DNA of 64,000 bases from Raillietiella orientalis (Eukaryota). The notes under the pieces are model-generated. The model saw only the letters and a list, made by a program, of their open reading frames with translations. It did no database searches and had not been told where the DNA came from. The DNA lies in contig JAYWIR010000005.1 in the NCBI GenBank assembly GCA_036172245.1, positions 868,001 to 932,000 on the forward strand, given 5' to 3'. Both the position numbers and the translations under genes were made by a program. Of the stretch, positions 46,691 to 58,999 are shown in pieces (position 1 is the stretch's first letter; each line of letters opens with the position of its first letter).

Positions 46691-48127
46691 AAACAGTAAA
46701 TTCAAAATACTGAACCCATTTAAAGGGAGGGGGGGGGGCTTTGCATTTCCTAAACTTACAAGTTCGACATAGCATCGTTAGAAAAATAACTCAAAGCCAT
46801 TCGCAACAATTTTGCAAATAGAAATTACTGCTGAAATAGTTTTACAAAAAATTGCAGAAGCACGGATTCGCAGTCGCTTGAAACTGACCTTACAGTGCTC
46901 GGCCTTCAACTTAATAAGCTGTTTGAAATTTTCGAGATAAAGTCCTGAAGTTTCCATCTTGTATCGTATACTCGTTTCATGTATACTTTTTGCCTTAATA
47001 TGCTATGTATATAGGCTTAGTGATTTCAAGTTTCATGCACACCGATGAATTTTCATCATACATTTGCAACTCGAGTTAGGAGGAGAAAATAAGAGTAACA
47101 CAAGCTGCGAATGCCCAATTAGCTGAGGCCTGCAATTTATTTTTGCTACTGCTTTTTCGTATATACCGTACAACGACACCTCGTCTGGGCAACACCAAAT
47201 ACAGGGCTGAATTGAGAGCGGCGTTCCTCGGTTGCTCAAGACTTCTTGCGAACGAACTTTAGGCCAAAAAAACAGCGTTCACATTAAAATCGCAGTTTTG
47301 GATGCACTTACAAAACAATATTTGCTGGTTTTAGTGCCTAGTATGTTTCATACTTTCCACCTTTTTCCTTCAAGCTCAACTTGATATCTATTGTTTATCT
47401 ATTTTTGCAATCAGAATCCTGGGTTTCACGACTGATATTGGTTTTCGAAATCCTGATTAAGCAGTTTTGGAAAAATGGAGGCTCCAGTGCTTTGTTTTGC
47501 CTCACTTGCCTTCACTTTCAATCAGTAGTTTTCCAAACAACCAAACGAGAGGGAAAGAATTATGTTGCTCTTCCTGACTGTCCGCTTCTCCCATCAGTTC
47601 TTCCCACTCTTTTGCGCAAACTACTCGTCCTTAGGTCTGCCCATCATTTAACCATCAGGATTTAGAATGTTTCATACCATTTTCGCATTTCGAAATACCC
47701 TTGATGATGCTTTAAATTCTCAAGTTTATTACCGTAGCCAAACGCAATCAGGTGTCGCTTTGGTAATCGTTGGCATTTGTACACGCTGTAGAAAGATCTC
47801 TTTAACAACGAATGTTCTTGCAACCAAATGAATCGGTGAACCCGGTCTTGGTAGAAACCGGTAATAAAATCCTTTATACAACAGTGCACTCAAGTGTATA
47901 CTCTTGTTTGCATTGTAAACAAAGGTTCGAGCAATCAAAATTCCATTAGAAATTCTCACATGCCTTTGCATCTGCATTTCAGAAACCAAGCATTTACAGC
48001 ATGCCTTTAACAAGCATCTACAGCATGATACAACTGTGCACCTACAAGTTTCACCCTGTTCTGTGGCGTAAGTTCCCATATATACATACATACATATATA
48101 TATTGTAACAAACTTCCTTGTTGGTAG

Positions 48128-49500
48128 TTCACAAATAAAAATTGTTAATGCAAACAGGGAGATCAACATAATCAACCCAATTGAAGCCTCCTGTCCTGCC
48201 AGTGATGCAAATCACGAAGACTACATAGATATTAACAATTTTTTGCGTATTGATTTCATTAGCACTGATAAAGACACTCTAGGCTTTGAAATGAGCTCTG
48301 AGGAGACACAACTTGATGGGTCTTCACAGAAGACATATGTAGAACTCCACTTTCCAAGGGAAGAAGAACCTGGCGGAATAAAGAAATCACCAGTAGCACC
48401 CAAGATAAATCAAGGTAATGTTGAACACAAGAAGATGCACGAGGAAGGGTTGTATCATACAATGCAGAATGCACTGTAGGGTTTCCTGTTCATGAGGTTC
48501 CCACCTCTTCATTTAATGACCAAGAGCATGAGAATGGAAACACAATGAAAAATCTTGAAGTCAAAGAAAGGAGCCAGCAAGCTGCCATGATGCCTAAAAG
48601 CCAGGAAATGAAAGTTGCAAGTGATGATTTTGAAAAGGATCACAATGGGAAACTTCATCAGAAGATAGATTTCTGCTTAGGATTATTTGATGACCAGTCA
48701 ATTCCAACAACTCTGCTGCTCTCGGATGTGGACAGCAAAGAGATTCATCCCCGAGAAGATGAAAGTACTGATTTTCCAAATTACTACCTTGCAGGATTAC
48801 ATGGAAGAAATCAAATTCATGTTTGCAGAAGTGCCCAGATCCCATCTCATGACACAACTGTGGTGAAGAAGCACACAGAAAATATGGATAGGATCACATC
48901 TCGGGAAAACCCTTGCCCATTCTGGTTACCAAACACAGAAAATTTGGGGCATCAGCCACAGTCTGTACTAAAGTCTGTTGGTATTTCAGGATGTCAAAAG
49001 AATGGTAGGCCTTTGCTTACATGTTACATCAAAACTTAAAATTTCTGTTTAAGAAAGTCATAATCAAAGGACTTCTGAAGACAATCAAGGCATGGTTGTT
49101 TGTAAAAAATTAAAGCAGGCTAAGCTCAAGGACATGCTTAAAATAGTAAAAAAAACAGAGAAACAATCAGCTTGCTCCTCCCAACAAAACATGAACCAAC
49201 CAGGAAGTGGTCTAAACAACCACTGTACCACAAGAAAACAAAAACACCAAAGTACATTTGCTGCTACATTTTTTGACCAGTATTTAAAACTGTCATTCCA
49301 GCAACCCTGGTACACTGCAAATCTTCCCATAGCGTAAAATTCAGTAAACCTAATGCCAGCACATTGCCAGCTAAAAAGAAATGTTTTATAACTCCCTTCA
49401 AGCAACCTGCAAACTATACCATGGTAGTAAACCATTGAGTCAGTAAAGAATATACTTCCCTTTCTATTCATACACTGGTTCCCATGGTTTCTGCCAAACA
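48128..49500 (+). pseudogene. Degraded coding-like segment (large disordered exon remnant with stops and frameshifts)
   Basis: It starts after a candidate acceptor (cttccttgttggtag). Protein-like ORF pieces 48243-48479, 48545-49039 and downstream fragments are separated by frameshifts and stops. Only about 8 CpG occur in 48181-49500. Confidence 0.45.
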
Positions 49501-50544
49501 CAGATCAGAAGTGGGATTTCTACCGAGGAAGTGGAAACTCAGCAAGCTCCTTGTGGCTGACGTTCACAGGGGAGCGGGAGCTTGCTTGTGAACGTCAGTC
49601 AGAAGCGCTAATTCACTAAGCGCTTTAAGCATCCCCTTCGAAGCAATCAAATATCGTACGAGTTGATTCAGTCATGTATCATGGTGCTCGTGTAAAGGCG
49701 TGATTTTGAATGATTCTGTTTACTTTTTGCTTTTCCGCAGTCAGTGGCCTCTCATGTAGCTGTCTGTGTTTATTGCAACTTAAGCATTCAGGTATGCAGT
49801 ACTTTAGGAATCAATGATCATGGACCTCGTCCATCCGGGTTTGCTGTCTGGAGTGAGGCAACCACAATCAGAAGATTGGGAGTCTGCGTGACTTTGCTTC
49901 GATGAAGTCGAATACTTTTTCTTCTCGAAATGGCATTTCCGTCGCATCTAAATGCACGAGATCAAATCCCTGGTGTGTGTGTGTGTGTGTTGTTTTTAGA
50001 AAACACACACACACACACACAAAGTCACCGAACTCCGAAACGTTCACGCTGACACTGTTGTCCTCGGGGCTGAATGGACGTCCGCCACGCGCGACCCCCG
50101 GTGCAGGGGCACACACAAAGCAGCGAATGTTTCTGCTGGGCGACGACAGCCCTACGGAAGGAATTGCAAAGAAAAATCACGCTGTGGCAGGCTGCACGGC
50201 AGCACACTTTGCAGATCGCGGCATCCAATGCTGCAGCGTGGCACGGATGCCGGCGGCGCAGCAGCGCACTCCCTACCACCACCGTACGGCGTGGTAATCG
50301 CGTTAAGACGAGCCAGCTCGCTGATTTCGCGTGCCGACCCGTTTTTCTGGCACCGAGGCGCCGGATCGACGACGACGGTGCCGGGTTTTTTTTTTTTGGA
50401 CGAAATTACTGCTCTTCACGAGCATCTTTGCGTCCAGGACTACATGGAAGAAATGAACCCTTCCCTCCCCCCTTCTCGAAACCACGAGGATGGGTGGTTC
50501 GTGGACTTCTCGGATTATCGAGTCAGTTGATCGAGTTGTTGGTG

Positions 50545-50745
50545 TGACGAAAAAAACCTCTCCGGAGAGAATAAGGAGATTCCCTTCTGGATTCCCCTTC
50601 GGCAACAACCAGGGTGGAGGTGATCTCCATTTCTGGGGATGCCTTCCCAGGCATGGGAGGAACGGACTCCGAGTCCTTCCTGGATTCATAGGGCTGATCC
50701 CTCCCGGGTACCCCCTATCTTGAAGAATACCCACCCTCGGGTGGG
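50545..50745 (+). repeat. SINE-like family 3' fragment
   Basis: ccggagagaataaggag...gagtccttcctggattcatagg...cttgaagaatacccaccctcgggtgg. Confidence 0.55.
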
Positions 50746-52847
50746 GTGGAACCGTGTCGAAGAACTGCGAATACAGAAAAGAAGGATTTCCGTCATCCTA
50801 GGCCAATAGTAACGATGGATTCTAAATACACCAGTTTGAACATGCCCCCAGGGATAAAGGACACCATACCCTCTTCGGAATAGCACAGGGGAGAAGTAGA
50901 TGCTTCTTTAAAATCCAGTCTACTTACTTTTTGCTGTCTGGTTGCTTTTTCAATGCCCCCCAAAAAAAATCATATAAAAATGTCAGTTCTTGTCAAGTTT
51001 GTCTGGTCTGCTGGTCACATTCCCGTACCTTTTGAAGGGAACAGATGCAATCCGTTATTTGAGGGGGCTGTCGTTTTGCACGTTTGGTCCGAAATGTACC
51101 ACGAGTAATGATCGTCCACACCCCAAATCTTCTGTTTGAGGAAAACAAAACACAAAATTCAGGTCAAAATGCGGAAAACTTGCTCATCTACTTTTCAAGC
51201 CTCCTTCGACAGATTTGAATCATATGGGTGCTCCATTCGCCTGACGTCAAAAGGATGAGACATTGCGTGTCTCTTTCCAGGAGCGTCCTCTGCCTGAAAA
51301 GTGTGGTCTCTTTCAACCTGCGGTGTGAAGTTCTTTTCTGCGGGATGCGAATAGGTCGTGAAACGCAAACGCAGAAATAGTGTGTGGGCACACACAATGA
51401 ATGATAGGTTCATCAAACTGAAGGTCAAAGAGGAGTAGGTATCGGCGTGAGAAAATGGTTCGAGAGCTGAAAGCCAGCGACGAATCCGAACGGAAAAGAA
51501 TTCATCCTGAGACGGCACGTCATGACAAACATTCCGGCTAAATGCGGTCTCGCAATGTGTGTGTGTTTTTTTTTCTTTGTCGAAGATTCCTCCTCCTCCT
51601 CCCTCCCTCCCTCACACACTCAGTGGCCTCCAAGTTTCGCGCATCCTTGGGCACAGTGAGGTCTCGGTCAGGGCGAGCTCAGCTGCCCCCATCGTGATTG
51701 AAGCGGCAGCTGTGCGGCGTGATTTGACGAATCAGTTCCGCGGTATTGACAACGTTCCTCATCAACCACGAGTGCAAGAAAAAAAAGACAAAAAATCTCT
51801 CCTTGAAGGCTCCTCCCTGTCGAATTCGACGGCGCCCTTGCAGGAAACGCCACCGGGGGGGAGGGGGGGGAAGCACTTTTTTTTTGTTCGCCTAGGATTG
51901 TATTTTCTCTCGGCCATGTACAAAACTGTCAGCCAATCCGTATGCAGTGCCTGTCTGCCGTATCTCGGCTTCCAGATCGAGGGGAAGGCGCTCTTAAGCA
52001 ATTTACGTTCCAAGCCTGCAAGATGCGGATGCCTCCGCTCTCGCACAGTACCGGGGTGGCACCCTCGGATCCGCGCTCGATGCTCGCCGCCTCGGAGGCA
52101 GAGAGAGATCCTCTTCATTTCGGCACCGCAGGGAATTTCGCCCCTTTTCAAATTCTGGGAGGGTTTCCCATTCTCACGGGGTTCTTGATTCGATGCCTGG
52201 AATCAGATCGCATTATCCAGCCCGTAAGCATTTGCAGGAGTGTGCAGGAGTCCGTGCCAGGACTAATGCGCGCTGCTCGTGCTTGAAGCAGGAAATCTGG
52301 ACCGGTTATCCTTGCTCGCGATTGTTCGCTCCCTCCTAAAGATCCAGCTGCCAGCTAACTGATTTAACCTGCTGCCTTACGTATTCGGCGTTCGTCACCT
52401 CGGATGCACGGAGGAGAGTTGCCATGATAAGCGGGTGTTTGCCATTGCCAGGCCGTTCCTCCGCGTGCGTATCTTGGAGGAGCTCCCGTCGTATTCGCGT
52501 CCTGCAGAGATTCCTGTCCCGAAATTCCACATCCTCGAGGTACGGTGTATTGACAGTGTATAAAACATCACACGAATAGTGCACGCGCGTGTTCACGCAC
52601 TTTCCCAGATTCTCCCATTCTTCTTCGTGCTGGTGTTGTTTGGCTTTCCATTCCATTCCGCTTCGATCCAGGATCCATTAGGATGATGGAAATTCTTCTA
52701 GTTTCCTTTTCTCTCTTCCCTATTTTTATTCCAGCCTTGCTCTTTTGCTTTCGGGTTTTCATTTTTTTTTTTTTTTTTTTGGTTCGCTCAAGAGCCATCG
52801 CGCACCTGGCAGCTCACGCAGCTCTTTCAGACTGTTCTTCCTCGCTA

Positions 52848-53510
52848 CCCGAAGGTGCGTGTAATTCTTCAAGGGAGTACCCCGGGAATGAATTCGGGAG
52901 AGCTGGAGGAAGGACAAAACTTTCCTCTCTGACTCGTGGGAGGGATCCCCGGAGGGAACTTCCTTCCTCACTCTCTCCGGAGGGACCCCGAAGGGGTCTA
53001 CTCCATTTTTCTTCTCCTAACGGAACCCGGAAAGGATCCGTGGTTAGGAATTTCTTTTCCAGAGGGAACCCGCAAGGAAACCGCTCCCTGTTTTCTCCTC
53101 CTCTGAAGAGAACTTCAAAGGGACGTTTCCGAAATTTTGCTGGAGGGAGCTCCCCGAAGGGAGCGTCACTCTCCTCTGCACTCTCTGGAGAGATGGAGAC
53201 ACAGCTCCCCCACGAAAGTGGGGGTCCGCTCCTCTGCACAATGCGGAGAGGAACTCCCGCTCCTTGATTCCTGGAAGGACCCGGAGGTCGACTGCTATTG
53301 TCCCGGCCACTCACCGAGGGCATCCGGTTTGAACCGCTACCAGTGCCGCACCCGGATGAATGTAGGCCAACCAGCGTCATCTTACAGGAGAAACTCGAAC
53401 CCACGACGCACCCATTTCTCTGGCGCCGATCCTTTCCCGTGTGGGATTCGAACCCGCGACGACTGGTGGTACCACTCTCGGAGATATCAACCACGTGGCC
53501 TCCAACGCGG
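52848..53510 (-). repeat. tRNA-derived SINE-like element, most complete copy (~660 bp)
   Basis: A-box-like TGGAGGCCACGTGG (53504-53491), B-box GGGTTCGAATCCC (53455-53443) and a second B-box-like GGGTTCGAGTTT (53402-53391). The conserved body reads AAGATGACGCTGGTTGGCC...CGGGTGCGGCACT...CCGGATGCCC, followed by a GA-rich region and the 3' motif CTTGAAGA..CGCACCTTCGGGT. Confidence 0.7.
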
Positions 53511-53929
53511 ACAGGGTTCTTCTCTGAGGTGTCGCAGTTTCTCAAACGAACCCCAGACCAAGGGCTTGTGAGGGAGCGCTGCGGGAACTGAATTTCTCTC
53601 GTCCAGCATTCCCATCCTAGGCTCCATTCAGATATCTGCACATCTCCTGGGCGAGTTCGTCGTGCGGGCGGCCTTCCGCGTTCTTCCGGGGGGAACACGG
53701 AACGATTAGGCCCGGCGAAGCCTCAGGGGCCGAAGTCACGAGCGAAAAGTGGAAAACGAGGTTTCCTGTTGGAGGGAAAATGATGGCGGCGTGCTCTCTC
53801 TCCATCTTGCACCGTATAAGAATCCAGTCGCCGCCGTGACGCAGGCAGAGGGAGCACCTCACTTGTGCTTTCGGATCCGAGGTCGAGCGGAGCGCAAGAA
53901 TTAGGCTGCGCATTCCCATCCTTGTGCAA

Positions 53930-54880
53930 TGGGATCGACTCCGTTTGATTCACCGTCGAAGAACAACACTCATCTCTTCTCTCCTTTTCTTTCCTTCTCC
54001 TTCCGGCCTCTCTTGATGGAGGAGGAATTGATGGCCTCGGGTTCTCACGCCTGCGGATGGGAAACTGGGAGAATCGGGACCGAACCTTCCGACTCCGATC
54101 CCGCACCGAGAGGTCACGTTGGGCTCTTGTCCTCCACGGAGCGCGTGGAATACCCTCCGTCCCGTCCGAGGAACCGCACTGCCCTAGGTCACCAGGAGAA
54201 GGTTTCCCTGCGTCAGCAGAGGTGCTGGAAGTTCACGGCTGGTGCTCGCAGCTTCGGGAATGCGCTGGGGTCTCTCGGAACGTCCAGCCGCCCGAGGAGA
54301 AACCAAATGGTCATATCTGCATGTCATCTCCGTGGTCCGACCATCTTCTCGGTCCATTCCGATGAGTGGAGTCCTCCATCCTGTCACGAGGACGTCTGCC
54401 TCGTCGCACAGTTATTGAACTCCGCTTCTTTCGAAAGGAAACTGCAAACTGGTGAAGGAGCGATTCCTATCTATGTGCCAGAGTTGTCGTCATCTTGACT
54501 TGGGGGGGACTGAGGAGAAGCAGGATATTGCGCGAACTAATGAACTCCGTAACGGCAACGGAGAGACCGGTTTCGCCCTTCTAGCGCTTCCTCCCTGTTT
54601 CTATGTGCGTCCCTAGTGGACACGTGTCAGAAAAATGGCTCCTCATCTTCGTTGTCGAGGCATCGCCCACGTCGGCTTCTTCCGACGAGCTCCCCCGCGT
54701 TGGTGAAGCGCGCTCTGGCAGAAGCCTCCCCCACCGGGGTGCAACCGCGCCGCACGGATCCTCCCTCCTCCTTTCGTTGACCTGGAGCGACCCGTCTCGG
54801 CTGCAGGAGGAAATGTCCCCTTCCTGAATGGGGTTCGTGAGAAAACACACGCCCGCTGCGAGAACAGCAAGGCTTTCCGG
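53930..54880 (-). mobile_element. Degenerate LINE RT / post-RT fragment
   Basis: LQVNE...GSVRRGCTP resembles VNG...GVRQGCPLS. WTEK...LLGRL...FPKL resembles W...LSL.GR...PKL. Confidence 0.45.
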
Positions 54881-56199
54881 AGCGAGTGAAGGAGATGAAG
54901 GGGAAGGGAAGGATTGAATCGGGGACACAAAGCTACACTCCTTCCATTCCGCTTATTCCGTTCTGTATCAAATGCTGAAGGCTCCCGTAGGAAGCCAGCA
55001 ATGCTCTCCGCGTTATACGAGCTCTATGGGTTGCACAGGGATTGCATGGTAACAATATGGCAGTATGTACAAAACATAGAAAGCGCAGCTTAAAAGTAGA
55101 ATATTTATTATTTCACTCTAGAACAAAAGATAAAAATCAAAAGTGGGCTTTCATTCAATTCTAGCAATTTCAAATCGCTCTCGTTGTTGAAAAGTGAATG
55201 CATCTTCTTGCGAGGGAGATGGGTAGAAAAAAAAAAAAAAAAAAAAAAAAAATGAAGATTTTTTTTTTTTTGAGTGGACTCCTGGGACTATCAGGACTCC
55301 TGGTCCCACCAGGAGTCCTGACAAAAGTGTAGGTCTATTTTCAAAACAGACGCCCACCGGAGTACCCGGGCGGAAAATCACGTGCGGAAGCTCCATTGGA
55401 CCTGCCATTTGGGATTCGATGCGGAGACACGGGGGATGAGGGAAGGTAAAAAGAAAACTAGGATGAAAAAAAGAAAAAATTGGTTCGAGAGCTGCTTACT
55501 TGGGCTGAGAGTAGGGATGGGATCACGGTGCGTCCCGCGGAGTGCCGTTCATTCGCTGCAGGGTGCCGGCAAGTTCACTTCGTGTGCTACTCAGGTGGGG
55601 TCATCTCGCGGCGATCCTCGGAACGAACTTCGCCCCCAGTGGATGGCACCTCTGTCGGGATGACCTCGAGGCGTTCCGAGTCGCGACCACCATCACGCGC
55701 AGGCAGAAGACGGGCGCTGAGAGCGCGGCAACGTCTCCAGGAGTGCTCCCGGGAGTCTAAAGGGCCGTTGGGGAGCGTTCCCACAGGGACTCGGAGGAGG
55801 GCAACGCGGTCAAGGAACAGGCGGCAGGCACCTCCCCCCTCCCCCGCGCGACGGAGGCGCGCTTTGCATCGAGGGATCCTCCAATGCAAGGTCAGGAGAG
55901 CCGTCTTCTGTCACTTCGGGGGGAGGCGGTGCATTTTCCCCTTAACGCGGGGGAAGGGGGATCAATTCAAGCGTCGGGACGCCCGACGCTTTTTTGGAAA
56001 GGCGCTGGGGACTTGCAGTGGCACCAACGCAGGCTCTCGGGGTCTCTGGGGGTGCCACACCTCCCGAGCTGCTCCTGCCGCCTGACCGCCATTCTCGGGA
56101 ACTCCGCAGGCCATCGAGAGAAGCGGGACGCAACTCGGTGGCGAGGCGCCTGCGATGGTTGCCCGGCATTTCCATCGCAAGCGGGACACAGTAGCGTCC

Positions 56200-56900
56200 A
56201 AACATGGAAAAGTCCTCAAGGAAGGGGGAGAGAGGGAAAGGGCTATAAATTAATAAATAAATAAAGAGGGTGGGGAAAGGGGTCGCCGGTTTCGGGCGCT
56301 CCTTCCTCCTGGATCCGGCGTCCGTCTCCGCTTCGGCTTCCTCTTCGAGGAGAGGCCGCCTAGCAACCCCCCTCAAGCGGGAGGCTGGCATGCTCGTGGC
56401 CTCCCTCCGCCGCCACCCTCTCCGCGCCTGACGAGAGGGTTTGCAGCCGCGGCGTCTCCCCGGCAACGGAGCGGGGAAGCCGGCCTCCCCCTCCTCTTCT
56501 AGGCTGGCCTCCTGGCGGTTCCAGAGCGGGCGCGTGCAGTGTCGTCTACACCTCCTTGAGGCTCCCGCCTGGTCTCCATGGCCATCAGGGAGCGAACGAC
56601 CAAGCGGGCGGCATGGCGTCCTCTTCCAGCGGCATCAGTGATGCGCGCGCGATGAGGAGGCCCATGGCGACGCGTTCCCCAAGGGGTCGGGTGGGCCTTG
56701 CAGCGGGTATCCCGCCGGCGCCGACTCGTGCCTCCCCGAGGAGAGCGTCCGTCGTTGCCGCGGGCAGCGCCATCTCCTCCGGAGGAACCCTCAGAAGCTC
56801 TGCCCATCGAAGGAGTCCTTCGGGTGGGGCGCTCGGGGTCGCAGCGTCGGACAGACGACCACCCGATGCAGATGGCTCCAGGGAGGTCCTTGCGATCCCA
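56200..56900 (-). mobile_element. LINE 3' fragment, same family
   Basis: 56770-56850 aligns by eye with 42220-42300 (DAATPSAPPEGLLRWAELLRVPPEE vs DAATPSVPPKGLLRWGELFGIPPEE). A 3'UTR-like A-rich block lies at 56240-56270. Confidence 0.55.
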
Positions 56901-57319
56901 ACAGGTGGGAACTTTTCCTTTGTCTTTTTTGTTTTATTTTTTTATTCCCTCCCTCCCCCTTTTTTTTCCTCCTCTGCATCAGTTTCTTCCGGCAAGCTGC
57001 TGCTTCTGAGCGGCGATGCACTCCTCCGGGTTTGCCTAAGTGGCGAGGTCGCTCCCCACCCTTCGGTCGATGGCCTCTTCCTTGCACCTCGACTATTTTG
57101 TTGTACCCGGGATCGAACGGCGGTTGCGCCCCAGGCGTGACCGGGCGAAAGAGCACGTGACTCGCCGCGGACGGACGTGCGGAGCTCCTCCACTGCGCGA
57201 CAGTTTTTTTTTTTTTCTTTTCACTTTTTTTCTCAGTCGGGTTGCGAAACTTCGGTGGCGTCGAGTGGTAGCAACTCCTGAACACAGTAAGGTCAGGTCA
57301 GGGGCAGCTACGGGGGTGG

Positions 57320-58234
57320 GGTGGTCTCATCGTCTCCCGTGCCTGTGGGAGTGGGGTCATCCGTCATCGCAGGATCATACCCAGGGCCAGCGAAGGGCCA
57401 GAGCGCTGTGGCTGCTGCTGCTGCTGCTGCTGCTCCCGCAGCGCATGCCGCCACGGCTGAAGCAGCAGCCTGTTCGGCTGGTGGCCGCCGTCCCAGTCTG
57501 CCGCGCGATGGGTCTTCTCCGATGAAACTGCGCGCTTCTCGGCGACGGAGCTGCGCGGAGTAGGCGCTCAGAAGGAAGGGCCAGCTGGGCTCTCAATCGG
57601 AAGTGGGGGGACGCTTGAGGTCACCTGCAGAGATGCAGGGCTCGCCCGACGGCTACGCGAAACCCCCCTCAGCATGGAGGGACGTGAGGACTTCCCAATA
57701 ACGGTGGACCGCTCTGTGGTGCTGGTCCACCCAGTGGGGACAGCCATTCGCATGACCAAGGACACCGTGAGCGACGAAATGTCGATAAATGGCACCGTTC
57801 ACACTCTGGGGTTAAAGGCGAACAGCTTTGAGGGCATCGACGGGGCCTTCAGTGGCCTCATTGCAGAGCGAGCGAAGGCTGCCCGGCAACTCGAGGTTGC
57901 CGGAGAACCGATCCGTCAGGTGGGAAAACTCGAATGCCGTGGCAGCTGCAGGGCCATGGACCACCCCAAAAGGTGGTGCCCTGATACGACGTGCCGCATG
58001 TGCCACTGCGCATGGGACACGCGCAAGGAGTGCCCCCATCTCCCCCCGAAGAAATTCGGGGCTGCCGCAACCAGAAGACGCGCCCGTGACCACCTGGAAA
58101 GTCCAGGAAATAAACTGGGAGGAACGCTAACCTGCAGCCAGCAAAGGCCACCTCGACCACCTCGGCAGCAGGAACACAGGTTGTCGAGGTGGAAGGAGAA
58201 TGCTGCTGAAGGAGGGTTAGTTGACCTCTCTTAA
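57320..58234 (+). mobile_element. L1/Tx1-type ORF1 (gag-like) remnant: RRM-like region + tandem zinc knuckles
   Basis: GGTLEVTCRDAGLARRL...VVLVHPV...VSDE is followed by CRGSCRAMDHPKRWCP-DTTCRMCHCAWDTRKECP (two degenerate CCHC knuckles). The N-terminus is Ala-rich with a (GCT)n tract. Confidence 0.65.
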
Positions 58235-58999
58235 GGGAGAACTCTAGGGCACCAACCGGACGATGTCTCCATCTCGCTACCGCAACGATAGGAGGAGCTC
58301 GCCCTAGAACCGGGAGCAGAGGCTGCAGCCGAAGAGGAGGAAGAAGAAAGGAAGACGAGAAAGGGAAAAGGAGGTGATAAGGAAGGGGGAGGAGCAGGGA
58401 GGAGGAAGAGGAAGAGGGAGAGAAAGGGAGGAGGGGGAAGAAAAAGAGGGGAAGGAAAAAGGGAGGGGAGGAGGGAGGAAGGAAGGAAGGTGGAGAGGAG
58501 GAGGACGAGGTTGTGGTTGACAATGACCATGACGATTCCGATAGTTTTGTCTGCTGCCGTTCTTTTCCTTGTTCTTCATGATGACGATGATTTTGTTTGG
58601 TTGCTGCTGTTCACAATAATGATAAGGAGGATGCCCGTGGTTTGGTTTCTCTATCGCTCATGACGATGATTCGATTGCTCTTGGTGATTTGCTATAACCG
58701 TTCTGCCCTGTTGTTTACGTTGCCTTTGTTGCGGATAAGGATCGTAGGCATCAGGAGGGGGGTCATAGACTTCGATCGTGGATGAGGAGGAGGGGAAGGG
58801 CAGATGGACCCAAACGGCACCTACATCCATCTCGGGGCGCCCTGGAGACGAACCGTGGCTTCCTTCACACCACACGTTTGTCTCTCTCCTGCTGCCCTTT
58901 GGTTGGCAGCCCCTGAGCAGCGTAGGGATGATAAGGGAGGCGACTATGGCGAAGGGTCGCCGCCTCCCTAGCCCATCCTCGCGCCCTGGTTGCGGGTTT

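Noticed and set aside
50690..51520. Possible Tc1-like motifs (RGYGVLYPWG, KVDEQVF) on the minus strand
   Set aside because: No convincing DDE spacing or TIRs.
52336..52656. 106-aa minus-strand ORF with a hAT-like SWQLD ending
   Set aside because: Similarity too weak to assign; no splice or expression support.
57306..57567. Ala-rich minus-strand frame as terminal RhoGEF exon
   Set aside because: It would need a GAG acceptor. The region is better explained as the plus-strand LINE ORF1 N-terminus.
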